A DNA stretch of 56,616 bases from Prorocentrum cordatum (Eukaryota), in the NCBI GenBank assembly GCA_963575745.1, contig CAUYUJ010000083.1, positions 62,001 through 118,616 of the forward strand. Reading direction: 5' to 3'. Of the stretch, positions 11,506 through 28,283 are shown in pieces. Numbering within the stretch: the first letter of the stretch is position 1; each line of letters starts with the position of its first letter. The notes below the pieces were generated by a model. It searched no databases. It had not been told where the DNA came from and saw only the letters and a program-made list of their open reading frames with translations. Both the position numbers and the translations under genes were made by a program.

Positions 11506-12829
11506 TCTGAATCACAATTCTTCACGTTTTGCGTACGCCCACCAGCGGTCGCACGTTCAGGTCATCCCACCTGTCCCAACATGCACCTCCACCTGAGTGG
11601 TCTGACGCCATAGCGCGTAACACAGAATTCCCTGTCATTTTGCGCAGGGCTGCACGTTGCCCGAGCTTCCCTGGGCGTTCCAGTTCAGCCAGCCAGCCCC
11701 CCGCTGCTGCTGCCCCTGCTGCTGCTTTTGTGAGCTGGCCCGGCCGGCTGATGCTGCGCCCTGCAGCTAATTAGGTTTGCCCGTCGGCCCGGACTCCCTG
11801 TTCGCCGCCTGCGCTCTCGCTGGTGGCCGCAACCAAGAAAAAGTATGCCCACCAGCTCGCGGTTTCTCCCCCCCCTCGACGGGGCCCACGGCCGTCTGTG
11901 GCTCAGCCTTGACTTTCCGTGCTCCTGCCACGCCGCGGTTGCAACCCTGGTTTCAGTTTCGGGTCTGCCCCGTGGTGTCAGTGCTCGCCTGGCGCCACTT
12001 CCGGTGTGCTGACTGCGGGCTCGTTATCCGTCCCTCTTCAGGGCTCTTGGTGTGCGCCTTTGCTGGCGCCACTTCGTGCGCTTGTTCGTGGTGACCCGCG
12101 CCATTTTGGCCGCGCGGCAGCTTGGCTGCTTCTCGTACTCGTGCGCTCTGCTGCCGTCGGGCTTTGCGGCTTCGGCCACCCTGGTTCCTCGCAGCCTGCC
12201 AACGCTCACACCCACACCGGGCACCAATTCGACTTCCGACTGTCGGTCCTCTTGGCTGCGGCCACCCTGGTACTCTCGCAGTTGTCCGTGGTCTTGCGCC
12301 CTTGCTTTAATTACTCGGCTTCTGCCCCTGGTCGCCGTTCTTCCTGGCTACCTGACGCTTCCGTCGCCTGGCATATTTGCATGCTGGCAGTACGACTCAG
12401 TTTCAGCCAGCCCCCTCCACTCGCCGGTCCGGTCCGCCGCGGAGGTGCTGCGTGAGGCTCCGCCTAGCCGCTTTCGGTGAGGCTGCGCCCCGTTGCTTTA
12501 GGTGAATTTGTCGCTGCGTGCCCCGCGTTGACTGGACTCGCCGCTGGCGCGCTCGCCTGCGGCCGCTGAGTAAAAAGTATGCCCACCAGCTTCGTGGCGC
12601 TGTTGCTTCGCTTCTTGACGGCGCGCAGTTGCTCTGTATCGTTCGCGAACGAAACCATGCACACCAGCCCATCCAGAAACCCGACCCATCAGAGCTGACC
12701 CGAAAAGGGACGAATCCAGTGAAACAGAGCGGGCAACCAGGGTGAACAGAGAGATCTCTGGAGGAAGGGGGTGGCCTTGGATGGCCTCTTCGGGCCATTC
12801 CTCGGGACCGCGTGGGGGCGAGGGACGGA

Positions 12830-13775
12830 AGAGGAGGAGGAGGAGGAGGAGGAGGAGGAGGAGGAGGAGGAGAGAGGAGGTTAGGAGAGGAGGAGGAGAG
12901 GAAGGGGAGGAGGAGAGGAGGAGGATTAGGAGGGGAGGAGAGGAGAATGAGGAGGAGGAGAGAAGAGAGGATAAGGATAGAGGAGGAGGTAGGAGGATGA
13001 GGAGGAGTAGAGGAAGGAAGGGAAGGATGAGGAGCAGAGAGAGGAGGAGGAGAGGAGGATGAGAGGGAGGAGGAGAGGATGAGGAGGAGGAGGATATGTG
13101 GAGGGAGGAGGAGGAAGGGAATAGGAGGAGAGGAGGAGGGAGGGAGGGTGGGGGACAGGGGAGAGGAAGAGGAGGATAGGATAATGAGGAGGAGGAAAGG
13201 GAGAAGGAAGGTAAGAGGGAAGGAAAGGGAGGATGGGAGGGAGGATGAGGAGGAGAGAGGAGGAGGGAGGAGGAGGAGGAGAAGAGAGAGGAGAGGAGAG
13301 AGGAGGAGGAAGAAGGATAGGAAGGAGGAAGAGGAAAGGAGGAGGAGTAAGGAGGAGGGAGAGCGGAGGTATGGGAGGGGAGGGGAAGGGAGGAGAGAGA
13401 AGTGGAGTATAGGAAGGAAGGAAAGGAGGAGGAGAGAGAGGAGGTGAGGAGGAAGATGTGTATGAGAGTGAGTTAGAGTGAGAAGGAGTCAAGAGGGAGA
13501 AAGAGAGATGGAGAGAGAGGAGGAGGGAGGAGAAGAAGGAGAAAGAGGTGAGTGGTAGAAGAGAGAGATCGGATGTGTGTATATTATGGAGAGGAAAAGA
13601 GAATTATAGAAGATTTATAAGAGATGGGAGGGAAGGAGGGGAGGAGGAGAGAGGGGAGGGAGGAGGAGGAGGAGGAGGATAATAAGTAGGAGAAGAGAGA
13701 GAGAAGAGGAGGAGGAGGAGGAGGAAGAAGAGGAGGAGGCGGAGCAAGAGGAGGAGGAGGAGCAGGAGGAGGAGG
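12830..13775. repeat. Degenerate (GGA)n polypurine tract; many shorter GGA/TCC tracts elsewhere
   Basis: Direct reading. Confidence 0.95.
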
Positions 13776-14344
13776 TCCTCCACTCCGCCTGTTCGGGGCG
13801 ACGGGGGGTGGCCTGCAGACACTTCGGGCCCCCCTGCCCCCCGCCCTTTATCCTCCTTACTTTCTCCCCCCATTCTGGGTCCTCCACTCCGCCTGTTTGG
13901 GGCGACGGGGGGGGGCTGCAGACGCTTCGGCCGCCACGCCTGCCTCCCCCTCAACCCCCCCGCCCTTTTCTTTCTTCTCCCGGCACCAGCCGCCCTCGGT
14001 CCTCCACTCCGCAAGGTCGGGGTGGCGGGGTGGACTTGCAGACACGTCGGGCCCCCCATACGAGCATCATATGCATTCTGGTACCTCTCGAGCACTTCCT
14101 CTACTCCCAACCTAATCTTCCACACGCGACCCCCCTCCTCCACCCCCTGTCCCTGGATCTTTCTGTGGCAACGTTCGGCCAAGCCCTTCCCTCGTGACGC
14201 TCACCATGGCCAACAGGAGCGAGCTTTTCCTTGGCCGTTGTTTTCGCCTTGCCTGCTGCTGATCTTTCTACGGGGTTCACTCCATTCATCTTGCCCACAT
14301 TGCAGGCATACGTACGTGCGTGCGAGAAGATCCTGGGAATTGTG

Positions 14345-15700
14345 AGAAGAGAAGCTCAGCGCAGCTAAGCTTAGCGAGCCGAGAAAGCCTTGCTAAGCCT
14401 TGCTAAGCCTTGCTGAGCCTCGCTCAGCCTGGGCACGCTTTGCTAAGCCCTGCAAATCCTTGCAACGCCTTAAGCCTTGCTGAGCTTTGTTGAGCCCTGC
14501 CAAGATCTGGTAGGCTTTACTAAGAGTTGAAAGGCTCAGCGAAGGCCTGGTAAACCTGGCTAAGCCCAATTGAACCTGCTAAGCGCTGCTCAGCCCTGAC
14601 AAGCTCAGTTGGGCCCTGGTAGATCCCGTTGTGCCCTGCTGCGCCCTGGTGCGCTCTGGTAAGCTTTGCTATGCCCTGGTGAGCTCTGCTGAGCCGTGTA
14701 CCAAACCTTGCAGACCTGAGCTAGGTAAACCTTGCTAATCCGCGCTGGGTCTTGTTCAGCCGTGGCAAGGTTCGCGAAGCCCTGCTGAGCTTTGCTGAGC
14801 CCTGCGAAGTCCTGGTCAGCCATGTTACGCTTTGCTACCGCATCGTGCGCTTTGGTAAGCCCTGGTAAGACCTTGGTACCATTTGGTAAACCTGGGTGAG
14901 CCTTGCTGAGCCTTGGTAAGCAATGGTAAGCTCTGCGTCATAACATGGAACCAGTGGCAAGGAATCTTTAGGGAGGACGAGGAGAGGAAGGGGGAGGAGG
15001 TCCGGCTAATTCTTTCGAAGCGCAGCGCCCTGCTGAGTTTTGCTGAGCCTTGATTAACCCTGCTAAACATTGCAAAGCCCTGCTAATCCTTGGGACGCTT
15101 TCACGCCTGCCCTGCTGAACTTTGCTGAGCCCAGCAAAGTCCAGCACCGTTGGTAAGCCTTGCTAAGGCCTAAGTATGCCCTTGTGAGCCTGCTAAACAC
15201 TGCGAAGCCCTGACAAGCTCTGCTATGCCTTGCTAAGTCGTGGTACGCCCTGCTGAGCACTTCAGCGCTCTGGTAAGCTTTGCTAAGTCCGGGTGGGCTC
15301 GGCTAAACCTTGTTAAGCTTGGTAAGCCTTGCTGAGCTCAGGCTAGCTTGGCAAGCCTTGCCCAGGTAGCCTTGGTAAGCCTTGCTAAGCCCCTCAAAGC
15401 GTGGGTAACCCCTGGTAAGTGGTACTCTGCCTAGCTAAGCCCTGGTAAGAGCATTGCTACTCCCTTGCGATCTCAGCTAAGCCTGCTCAGCCTTGGTAGA
15501 ATTTGCGAAGCCATGGTAAGCTTTGCTCAGTCCTGGTGAGCCTTGTTAAGCCTTTGTAAGCAATGGTAAGATATGTACCATAACACTGAATCCGTGGTAC
15601 GGGAATATTTGGTAGGGAGGGGTGGGGTGGGGGGAAGGGTGTGGAAGCCCTGCTGATCCTTGCGACGCGTCATGCCCTGCTGAGCTTTGCTGAGCCTTGG
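14345..15700. repeat. Degenerate ~10-bp minisatellite (CCTTGCTAAG/CCTGGTAAGC)
   Basis: Many imperfect tandem units, e.g. CCTTGCTAAG CCTTGCTAAG CCTTGCTGAG near 14387-14416. Confidence 0.8.
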
Positions 15701-16616
15701 CCCCCCCCCCCCTGTCGCATTCCCCTCCCCCCATAAGTGCCAAATGGGGGGGGGGGGCGGGGGGACCTGTGGGGGATCTGGGGGAGATGGATGGGGAGCA
15801 CGTGTGTTCGTTCATATATGGGTCCTGGTCAGAAGATGGGGGGGTCCAAGACCCCCGCGACACGAAACATCCCAAACCGTTTCGAAGCGTGTAATGGCCC
15901 GCCCCCCCAAATCGTATGTCAGAAGTGGAGGGGGGATACGCCAGTTTTCTTTTGTTAGTTAGTTAGCTGGCTTGTTTCTTTCATGCGACGTTCGGGCGCT
16001 TGCGGCGTCCACGACGGCCCAGCAGCCCTCAAGATCGCCCCACACCAGCCCAAGAGGCCTCCCAAGAAAACCCTAAGGCGGCTCCAGAGGGCCCCAAGAC
16101 AGCCCGAGACGGCCCACGAGAGCCCCCAAAAAGCCAAAGAGGCGCCCCAAACGACCCAAGATGGCCCAGAAACGGCCCACTAGAGCCCCAGATGCATCCC
16201 AAGACGGCCCCAAGAGCGCTCCCAGAGAGCCCGAAGAGGCCCTCAGCGGATGTTACAACGCACCCCGCTGTTGTAGCATCCGTCGGGTGCTTCTTTGAGG
16301 GCCCTCGTGGGGCCGTCTTCGGGCCACCAGGCTCCTCGGCTACATCATCTACGACATCCGTCAGCCAATCGACTGTCGCCGCCTGTTGGTCCCGCCGCGT
16401 TCCCCTGCCAGGGCACCTGCGGAGTTGTTCCACAGGTAAACACTACAGTGGAAACCCATACCAAGAAGCACCCCGCGTGCCTCCAGGGTGCCCTGGGTTT
16501 CTTGGGTTTCGATAGTTTCGCTATGGAAAGCGTGAAGTTCCCACACTAAACATCAATGGACGTCCTGGGGTCTCAGGGTTAGGGTTGGGTTTCTTGTGGC
16601 GGAGCTCCTACTGCAG

Positions 16617-16721
16617 TCAGCTACAATGCTGGGATCAGCGCGTGCGAGAAGGACAAGCAGTGGCAGCCAGCCCTGAAGCTGTTCCGCGAGATGCGGGAGG
16701 CTATCTTGGAGCACAGTGCCA
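16617..16721 (+). CDS. PPR protein block 4 (one repeat; absent from the ORF track)
   Basis: Manual translation SYNAGISACEKDKQWQPALKLFREMREAILEHSA; 105 nt. Confidence 0.85.
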
Positions 16722-19047
16722 TCTGTGTACTACAGCGCAGGTCCAGTGTGTGTGTGTGTGTGTGTGTGCGAGAAAGGCCGGCCCCGATTCGGCGCAGCAG
16801 CGCTCCCCAGCCAGGCCCGAGACGCTCCTAATTCGCGCCCAGATCGTCCCAACATGGCCCCGACATCCCTCAAGCGATTCCAGACGGCCTCTGGAAGGTC
16901 TTCATGAGCGTGTTGACTCGTCTCCTGCAGGATTACCCTCGTCGCATGACTCCGGCTTTGCCTGGGACATCCTTCGGACAGCGCTGTTCTCGGATTCTTG
17001 CTGCTGTTTCTGTGGGGGAGGGGGGAACAAAAAACAAAAGGGTGCAGCGCGCGAGAAGTTGGCGAGCAGTATCTTCGGCCTCGAGGGGACAAATCGACCC
17101 AGCTGGCCCAGCGACGGGTACCCGAGGGCGCCTACACACCCTGATTCGGCAGCAACTCATGGGAACCTTGTATGTTCTCACAATTCTGTTTCCAGAGTGC
17201 GTAAGCGTGCGCCAGCGTCAGGTAATCGATGAGAAAGTGCCGATCTAGCGTTGATTAGCGTCGATGTACCGTCGATCAGCATCGATAAGTGTCGATTCGA
17301 GTTGGTTAGCGTCGGTTAGCGTCGATTCGCCAGAGCCAGCAAGATGACATGAGAGGTTCCCAGGATCTGCCACAGAACCCTGAACAGACACCTGGAAGGG
17401 CCTCGAGAGGGTCCAAGCTCTCTCACTGGGGGCCCCATGCGCTCGAGGGACACCAAGATGACCTCCGTGCAACCGCATAGACCCGAAGATGATCCGCGGT
17501 GACCACGCGAAGCAACACATAATGGAAACCAGGTATCCGTGTGCCCGTTTGCAGTGTCTGCGCACCAGCGTTCTTGCATTCTCGTGCTGATCATTCTTCA
17601 TGGCTTTCTGCCGAGCCGATGCGCCGTCGCGCGGTCTCTTGCGTGCGGTCGTGCGTGCGTGCGTGCGTGCGTGCATGTGTTGGTGTCCTTGCTTGTTTTA
17701 GCGTCTCTTGCGTCCGCCATCTTCCCTCACACGAATGTCTCAAAACGGGCTCCACAGGATTCCGACATCGCCCAAGAGGTCCCCGAGAGGCTCCAGGAGG
17801 ATCCACGCCTGTTCTGCCTGGCCTCCAAGCTGGCCCCGAGGTGGCTCCATGATGGCTCAAGGTCGCCCCAAGATGATCCCAGGAGTTCCTCAGGCTGTGC
17901 CCACGCCACTCCAAGTTGACCCCCAGAAGCCCGAAGGAACGCGCAGGTAGCCTCAAAAGGGGCCACGAGGGCCCCAACAGTGCCCAGTGAGGGCCTCACC
18001 TAGGGCCCAAGCGGGACCCCAGCTCCCCTCGAGAGCGCTCCAGGAGCCCGATCTGTGCAGAGTCCTCGCAGTCTGTGCAGAGCCCCCCGAGTCTATGGGA
18101 CCGCGATCAGTGCAGAGTCCCCGAGTCTTTGAGACCAACTGCTGTCACAAGCTACGCTACGTAAGCCAGCTCGGCTGGAAACCCGTGTGGATTGTAGATG
18201 CTCAGGTTCACACTCTTCTATCTATCCTACCTACATTGCCGGGAGCATCGCGTGCGATCTGCCAATCGTGGCAAAGCAGGGGGGGGGGCCGCCGGAATCC
18301 CCGCGCCTCCCAGACGGCCCAAGCGAGTCCAAGAGGCCTCCAAGTTCGCCCAACATGCCTCCAATACGGCCGAGGATGGCCTCAAGATGGCGACCAGACG
18401 GCCTCAGAGTGCCCCGAGATGGCCCAAGATGGCCTCCAAACGGCCGAAGAGTCTTCCAAAAGGCCCCACGAGCGTTCCAAGAGCACTTCCAGCAGGGCCT
18501 CTCGGTGCAAATATCGAAGGGCTCCTGCAGGGTTTTACACCATTTGCCCTTGCAGCGCGTCCACGACGACCCAACAGCCCCAAGATCGCCCCAAGCCGGC
18601 CCAAGTGGCCTCCCAAGAGAACCCCAAGGCGCCTCGAGAGGGCCCCAAGACGGCCCGACACGGCCCAAGAGAGCCCCAAGACGGCCCAAGAGGCGCCCAA
18701 GACGACCCGAGATGGCCCAGAAATGGCCTACTGGAGCCCGAGGTACATCCCAAGATTTGGCCCAATAGCGCTCCCACACAGCCCGAAGAGGTCCCCCCAC
18801 GCATGCTACAACGCACCCCCCCTGTTGCAGCATCCGTCGGGTGCCTTCTGAGGGCCCTCTTGGGCCCGTCTTCGGGCCCTCTCGAGCCCCTCCGCGCGGA
18901 ATTTTTGAGGTCCTCAGGGCGCTCCCAGAGCCTCCTGCAAGGCTGCAGGACGGCCCAGGAGAGCGGCAACAGGCTGTCGCCGCTTGTCGGCCCCACCGCG
19001 CTCCCCTGCCAGAGCACCTGCAGATTTGTTCCACGGGTACACGCTGG
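16722..19047 (+). mobile_element. Helitron-like insert 4 (2326 bp)
   Basis: A|TC start; TGCAGAT-ttg-TTCCACG + GGTACACG + CTGG|T end. Confidence 0.6.
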
Positions 19048-19152
19048 TCAGCTACAGCGCTGGGATCAGCGCGTGCGAGAAAGGCGGGCAGTGGCAGCGA
19101 GCCTTGTCATTGTTCGGTGAAATGTGGGAGGCGAAACTGGAGCCCAGCGTCA
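19048..19152 (+). CDS. PPR protein block 5 (one repeat)
   Basis: SYSAGISACEKGGQWQRALSLFGEMWEAKLEPSV; 105 nt; preceded by CTGG. Confidence 0.85.
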
Positions 19153-20713
19153 TCAACTCTACAGCTCTGTGCATGCGACAATGACCAGTGGCCCTTTCGG
19201 CCCCCAGACGCCCCAGGCGCCCCCCAGGCGCCCCAGACGCCCCAGGACCCCAGAGGGCTCCTGGGCGCACCCAAGACGTCATAACGGCTCAGTGAATCCT
19301 TCAGAGAGCCTCACGCGGCTCACGATCGCCTGAATGGTTCGTTCGCGACGGCTCCATGGGTCTCCAAGATGGTTCAAGACGCGCCTCGAGATGGTGCCAA
19401 GGGCAGGCGAAGATCTTTAATTTCTCTTGGTTTTGGTGGATTTTGACGGCTCCCTACCTTTCGGCTCCAGATGTCTCCGCGACGGCCCAGGAGGCTTCAA
19501 AGCGAGCCTCGCAGACCCACAAGAGCCTCCGAGAAGGCCCTCCCAAGACGCTCCCAAGATAGCCCACGATGGCCCAGGCTTGCCTCCAAGATTGCTCCAA
19601 GACTGTTTCACGATGAATCTGAGGCGGCCCAAGACAGCCCCAAGATTCGAGTAGGGGATCGACTACATAATCGATTACTCCCAAATTGTTGTTCTCGCCG
19701 AGTGTTCGAGAAATCAGTGGATTGCTCGTAGATCTACGCAACGATCTTTGTTTTTGTTTCGTAGGTTCGCCTGGAAAAACATTTTTTTCGGTAGAAGCAA
19801 TCCTGTGGTCGATCCCCTACTCGAAAGATCCTTCCAGCCGCCCCCCATGCCTCCCTGGAGGGCCCCGCGAGGCCCCGAGGAACCCCAGGACGGCCCGGAG
19901 AGGCCCCGCGAGAGCTCGAGGAGAGCCAGTGTTGCCGCAAGCATCTGCAAGGGGCTTAAGCATGGTGATCGTCTTCTTATTCGTTGTTTTGCCGATCGGC
20001 GCGGGCCCTCGCACCCCCCCTCCCCCTCCCCCGCAGGGAGTAGATCTTGGCTGCTTTGGGCGCCTTTTTCAAGCAGGTGGACGGCTCCCCATATGATTCC
20101 CCATTAGAGCACTGTTCCTAACAGAGTCGCTAAGCAGAGGTCCAGAGCCAAACCCCCCGTCCCCTCCCCTTCCGCTCAATGTCGAAACGCCGAATAAGAA
20201 AACGCTCACCATTAGCGACGCAGAAACGGGTTCGGACATTCGCGCGTAAGATGCCCGCGTAAGTTCGCGCGTGAGCGCCCTCGTTTCCAATGTAGCGTGC
20301 CGCGACAGCGGCCCGCGTAAGCCACCGCGTACGGTCGCCATTGCATCTTGCGGAAGACCCGTCGTCGCTCACATGACTCTTGCACGGCCCGATGGTGGGT
20401 CCCAATCTATTTCCGCCCGTGCCCCCTCAAGGGCTGCCCGAGTGCTCAGCAGCGCGCGGCTGCGCGCAGCAGCGACCGCCTCCGAGCGATAGCAAGCACC
20501 AGCAACACGTAGCATCATTGAGCAGACGAAGCATGCGGCAGCGACCTGTCAGGCTACCAGCCCAGCATCCCCGCAACCAGGACTGCAGGCAAGCAGTCAA
20601 GCAGACAAGCGATCTTCACCCATGCATGCGGCGAGTAAGCTTTCGGGACCAATGGGAGGATTCCGATCAGATGATGCCTCTTGCCGTGGATGTAATCCAC
20701 CGGTCCACCCTAG
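19153..20713 (+). mobile_element. Helitron-like insert 5 (1561 bp)
   Basis: A|TC start; CGTGGAT-gta-ATCCACC at 20685-20701 + 8 nt + CTAG|T end. Confidence 0.65.
19965..20210 (+). repeat. Dispersed repeat family Z, copy 1
   Basis: Shares AAGCAGAGGTCCAGAGCCA and CAATGTCGAAACGCCGAATAAGAAAACGCTCAC with 34257-34473. Confidence 0.8.
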
Positions 20714-21127
20714 TCCACTACAACGCTGTGGTCAGCGCGTGCGAGAAGGGCAAGCATTGGCAGGGGGCCTTTTCGCTGCTCTGCGAGATGTGGGAGGCGA
20801 ACTTGGAACCCGACGTCATAAGCTACAGTGCTGGGATCAGCGCGTGCGAGAAGGGTGGGCAGTGGCAGCGGGCCCTGTCGTTGCTCAGCGAGATGTGGGC
20901 GGAGGAAGTGGAGCCCGACGCCATCACCTACACCGCTGGGATCAGCGCTTGCCACAGGGGCGAGCAGTGGCAGGCGGCTCTGTCACTGCTCAGCGCAATG
21001 TGGGAGGCAAAAATGGAGGCAGAGGTCATCAGCTACAACGCTGGCATCAGCGCGTGCGTCGGGCAGTGGCAGCTGGCCCTGTTGCTGCTCAGCGAGATGT
21101 GGGAGGTGATGCTGGAGCCCGACGTCA
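20714..21127 (+). CDS. PPR protein block 6 (four repeats)
   Basis: Within ORF 20380..22128; 414 nt = 4x105 minus an in-frame 6-nt deletion (ACVGQW). Confidence 0.9.
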
Positions 21128-25684
<4,557 letters not shown>

Positions 25685-25917
25685 TCAGCTACAGCGCTGG
25701 GATCCGCGCGTGCCAGAATGGCGAGCAGTGGCGGGGGGGCCTGTCGCTGCTCCGGGCCATGCGGGAGGTGAGGCTGGAGCCCGACGTCACAAGCTACAGC
25801 TCTGCAGTCGGCGCGTGCGATAAGAGCGGACATGCCATGCAGGTCTTGTCATTGCTCAACGAGGTGGGGGAGACTTTTGGACGACCATCAATGGAGAGGA
25901 ATCATGTTGCCAAATGA
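25685..25917 (+). CDS. PPR protein terminal block (absent from the ORF track)
   Basis: Manual translation SYSAGIRACQNGEQWRGGLSLLRAMREVRLEPDVTSYSSAVGACDKSGHAMQVLSLLNEVGETFGRPSMERNHVAK then TGA at 25915-25917, followed by AT-richer sequence. Confidence 0.8.
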
Positions 25918-26651
25918 TTACCAGATGTCTAAAGCATGTTACACAATGTCTTAAACATGTGAACCACATGCTTTAAACATTGTCAGAACATTTTCCGACA
26001 TTTTAAACGCATTCTTAATTCAATGATCGGATCGTTAGGGTGTCCATTGTCATGGCATTCACAAGGGGAGACGGTCTCGATTTGAGAGCGTCATGGCATT
26101 TGCTCCTCTCATCGATCGACGACGACGTGGATGATAGTGTGCGAAGTCGTGAGGTCAGTATCCAGATGCCTGCGACAAGTTTCGCCACCGTGCCAGCCCA
26201 GCACCTTAGGTGCCGCTTGAAAGGCAGCCGTAACGCGTGCCACCTCGTGTCCCGTGGCTTGGGAGAGCCGTACCATGTGGTATGGTCTTTCGCGTCGTGT
26301 CGGCTCTGGAGATGCATATGAAAATGACAGCGATGATGATAAGGAGGAGAAAGTAGGTAAGGATGCGGTGAGCAGGAGGATGAGGAGGATGGTGGCGGAC
26401 CAGAGGGATGAAGTGCGTGATCATGATGACGATGATGTAACGATGATCATGTTAATGCTGATACGGATTAGGCGGATTATCTTGATTATGTTGACAATTC
26501 AGTTGACGATGATGGAGGTCATGGTTGTAATGATGATGTGGATGACGATGCTCACGAGGATGCTGATGCTGTAGATGATGCTGCTGATGATGGTGATGAT
26601 GTTGTTAATACCAATGATGTAGATGATGCCAATGACGATGACGATGAATGC

Positions 26652-26715
<64 letters not shown>

Positions 26716-26811
26716 CATGACCATTATGATGCTGCTGCTGATGATGATGATTATGCTGATGCTGGTGATGCTGCTGCTGATGATGATGATGGTTATGATG
26801 TTGTTGATGCC

Positions 26812-26854
<43 letters not shown>

Positions 26855-27137
26855 GTGCTGATGATGATCCTGATGACGGTGCTTATGATGATGCTGATGA
26901 TGAGGATGATGATGTTGTCGCTGATGCCGATGTTGATGCTGATGCTGATGCGGCTACTGACGAGTATGACGATGCTGACCATGACGATTTTGATTATTGA
27001 TCATGGCGACGATGTTTATACATTCACGCGGGCGAGGGTGATGCTGACTACGATGATGATGGTGATGATGGTGATGATGGTGATGATGACGACGATGATG
27101 ATGCTGCTGCTGATGAGGATGCTGACGCTGACGATGC

Positions 27138-27169
<32 letters not shown>

Positions 27170-27306
27170 TTGATGTTGATGATGATGATGATGATGACGA
27201 CGATGATGCTCATGAGGATGATGAGGACGATGATGCTGGCAATCATGATGAACATGTTGCTTCTGATCATGATGAAGACGAAGAGGATGACGACGATGAT
27301 GATGTC

Positions 27307-27364
<58 letters not shown>

Positions 27365-27452
27365 CTGATGATGCTGATGATGACGATTACCATGACTATG
27401 ACGACGATGCTCATGACCATGTCCATGTCCATGACGACGATGCTGATGATGC

Positions 27453-27484
<32 letters not shown>

Positions 27485-27658
27485 CTGATGTCGTTGTTGA
27501 TGGTGATGTATAATGATGGTGATGGTGCTGATGATGGCGATGCTGGTGGCGATGAAGAGTATGATGACAGGGATGGCGTTGTTGATATTAGTTTTGATCA
27601 TACGACTAAGATGATGAGGATGAGGATCAGGACGATTCGGGAAACAATGAATGTTCAT

Positions 27659-28283
27659 TAGGGAATTGCCCCGTTCAAAGACAGCCGTCTGAGAATCTCA
27701 GTCATGCCGGAACGCCATTCCTGGGTCTTCAACGCCGCGAATCAACGTAACCTTTGTGCCTTGACAATCGTGAGTCATGCCAGAACACCGTTCCTGGGAC
27801 TTGCACTGCGAATCAACGTGGCTGTTGCGCCCTGACAATCCGACGTCGTGCCCGAACACTTCCTGGGACTGCACCCCTGCGAATCCTTGAACCTGTCGTG
27901 AACTTTTCAGACGAGATTGCGCGGCGCTGAGACGAGAGCCACGTTTTGAAACTGACCCAGCCCCCATCCTTGAAACTGTTGCATACTTTCAAGACGAATG
28001 TGCGCGGCGCCCAGGCGGGAGTCACATTTTGGAAACGACCTGGCCACCATCCTGGAAACTGTTGCAAGTTTTAAAGACGCATGTGCGCGGCGCTAAGCCG
28101 ATAGCAACACGTCGGAAAGGACCCGGCCCCCACCCTTGGAAGCTCTGGCAAACTGTTAAGACGAACAGGTTGAAAACCACGCGTCCTCCAGCCTTGAAGC
28201 TGTTACAGATTTCAAGCTTCAGAATCGTAAGTGGCGAGGAAGTTCGGCCCGCGCTTCCGACGCGTCTGGGGGTGCGACAGGGC
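27659..28283 (+). repeat. Dispersed repeat family X, copy 2
   Basis: Similar start (AGGGAATTGCCC), TGCGCGGCG units near 27918, 28000 and 28083, and similar end (TGCGACAGGG). Confidence 0.75.

Larger units (their letters stand above)
11506..16616 (+). mobile_element. Helitron-like insert 3 (5111 bp; terminus split by a secondary insertion)
   Basis: A|TC start; TGCGGAG-ttg-TTCCACA at 16418-16434 + 8 nt + CTA at 16443-16445, then about 170 bp before the final G. Confidence 0.6.

Noticed and set aside
12098..12112. GCCATTTTGGC spliced-leader-like matches (also 33911; CCGTAGCC at 52325 and 52416)
   Set aside because: Partial matches with no downstream ORF or SL RNA context.
13776..14345. Three TCCTCCACTCCGC repeats and a minus-strand CLQCG peptide
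   Set aside because: Possibly a LINE 3' remnant, but too little motif support.
16575..16592. AGGGTTAGGGTTGGGT telomere-like run
   Set aside because: Only 2-3 imperfect units.
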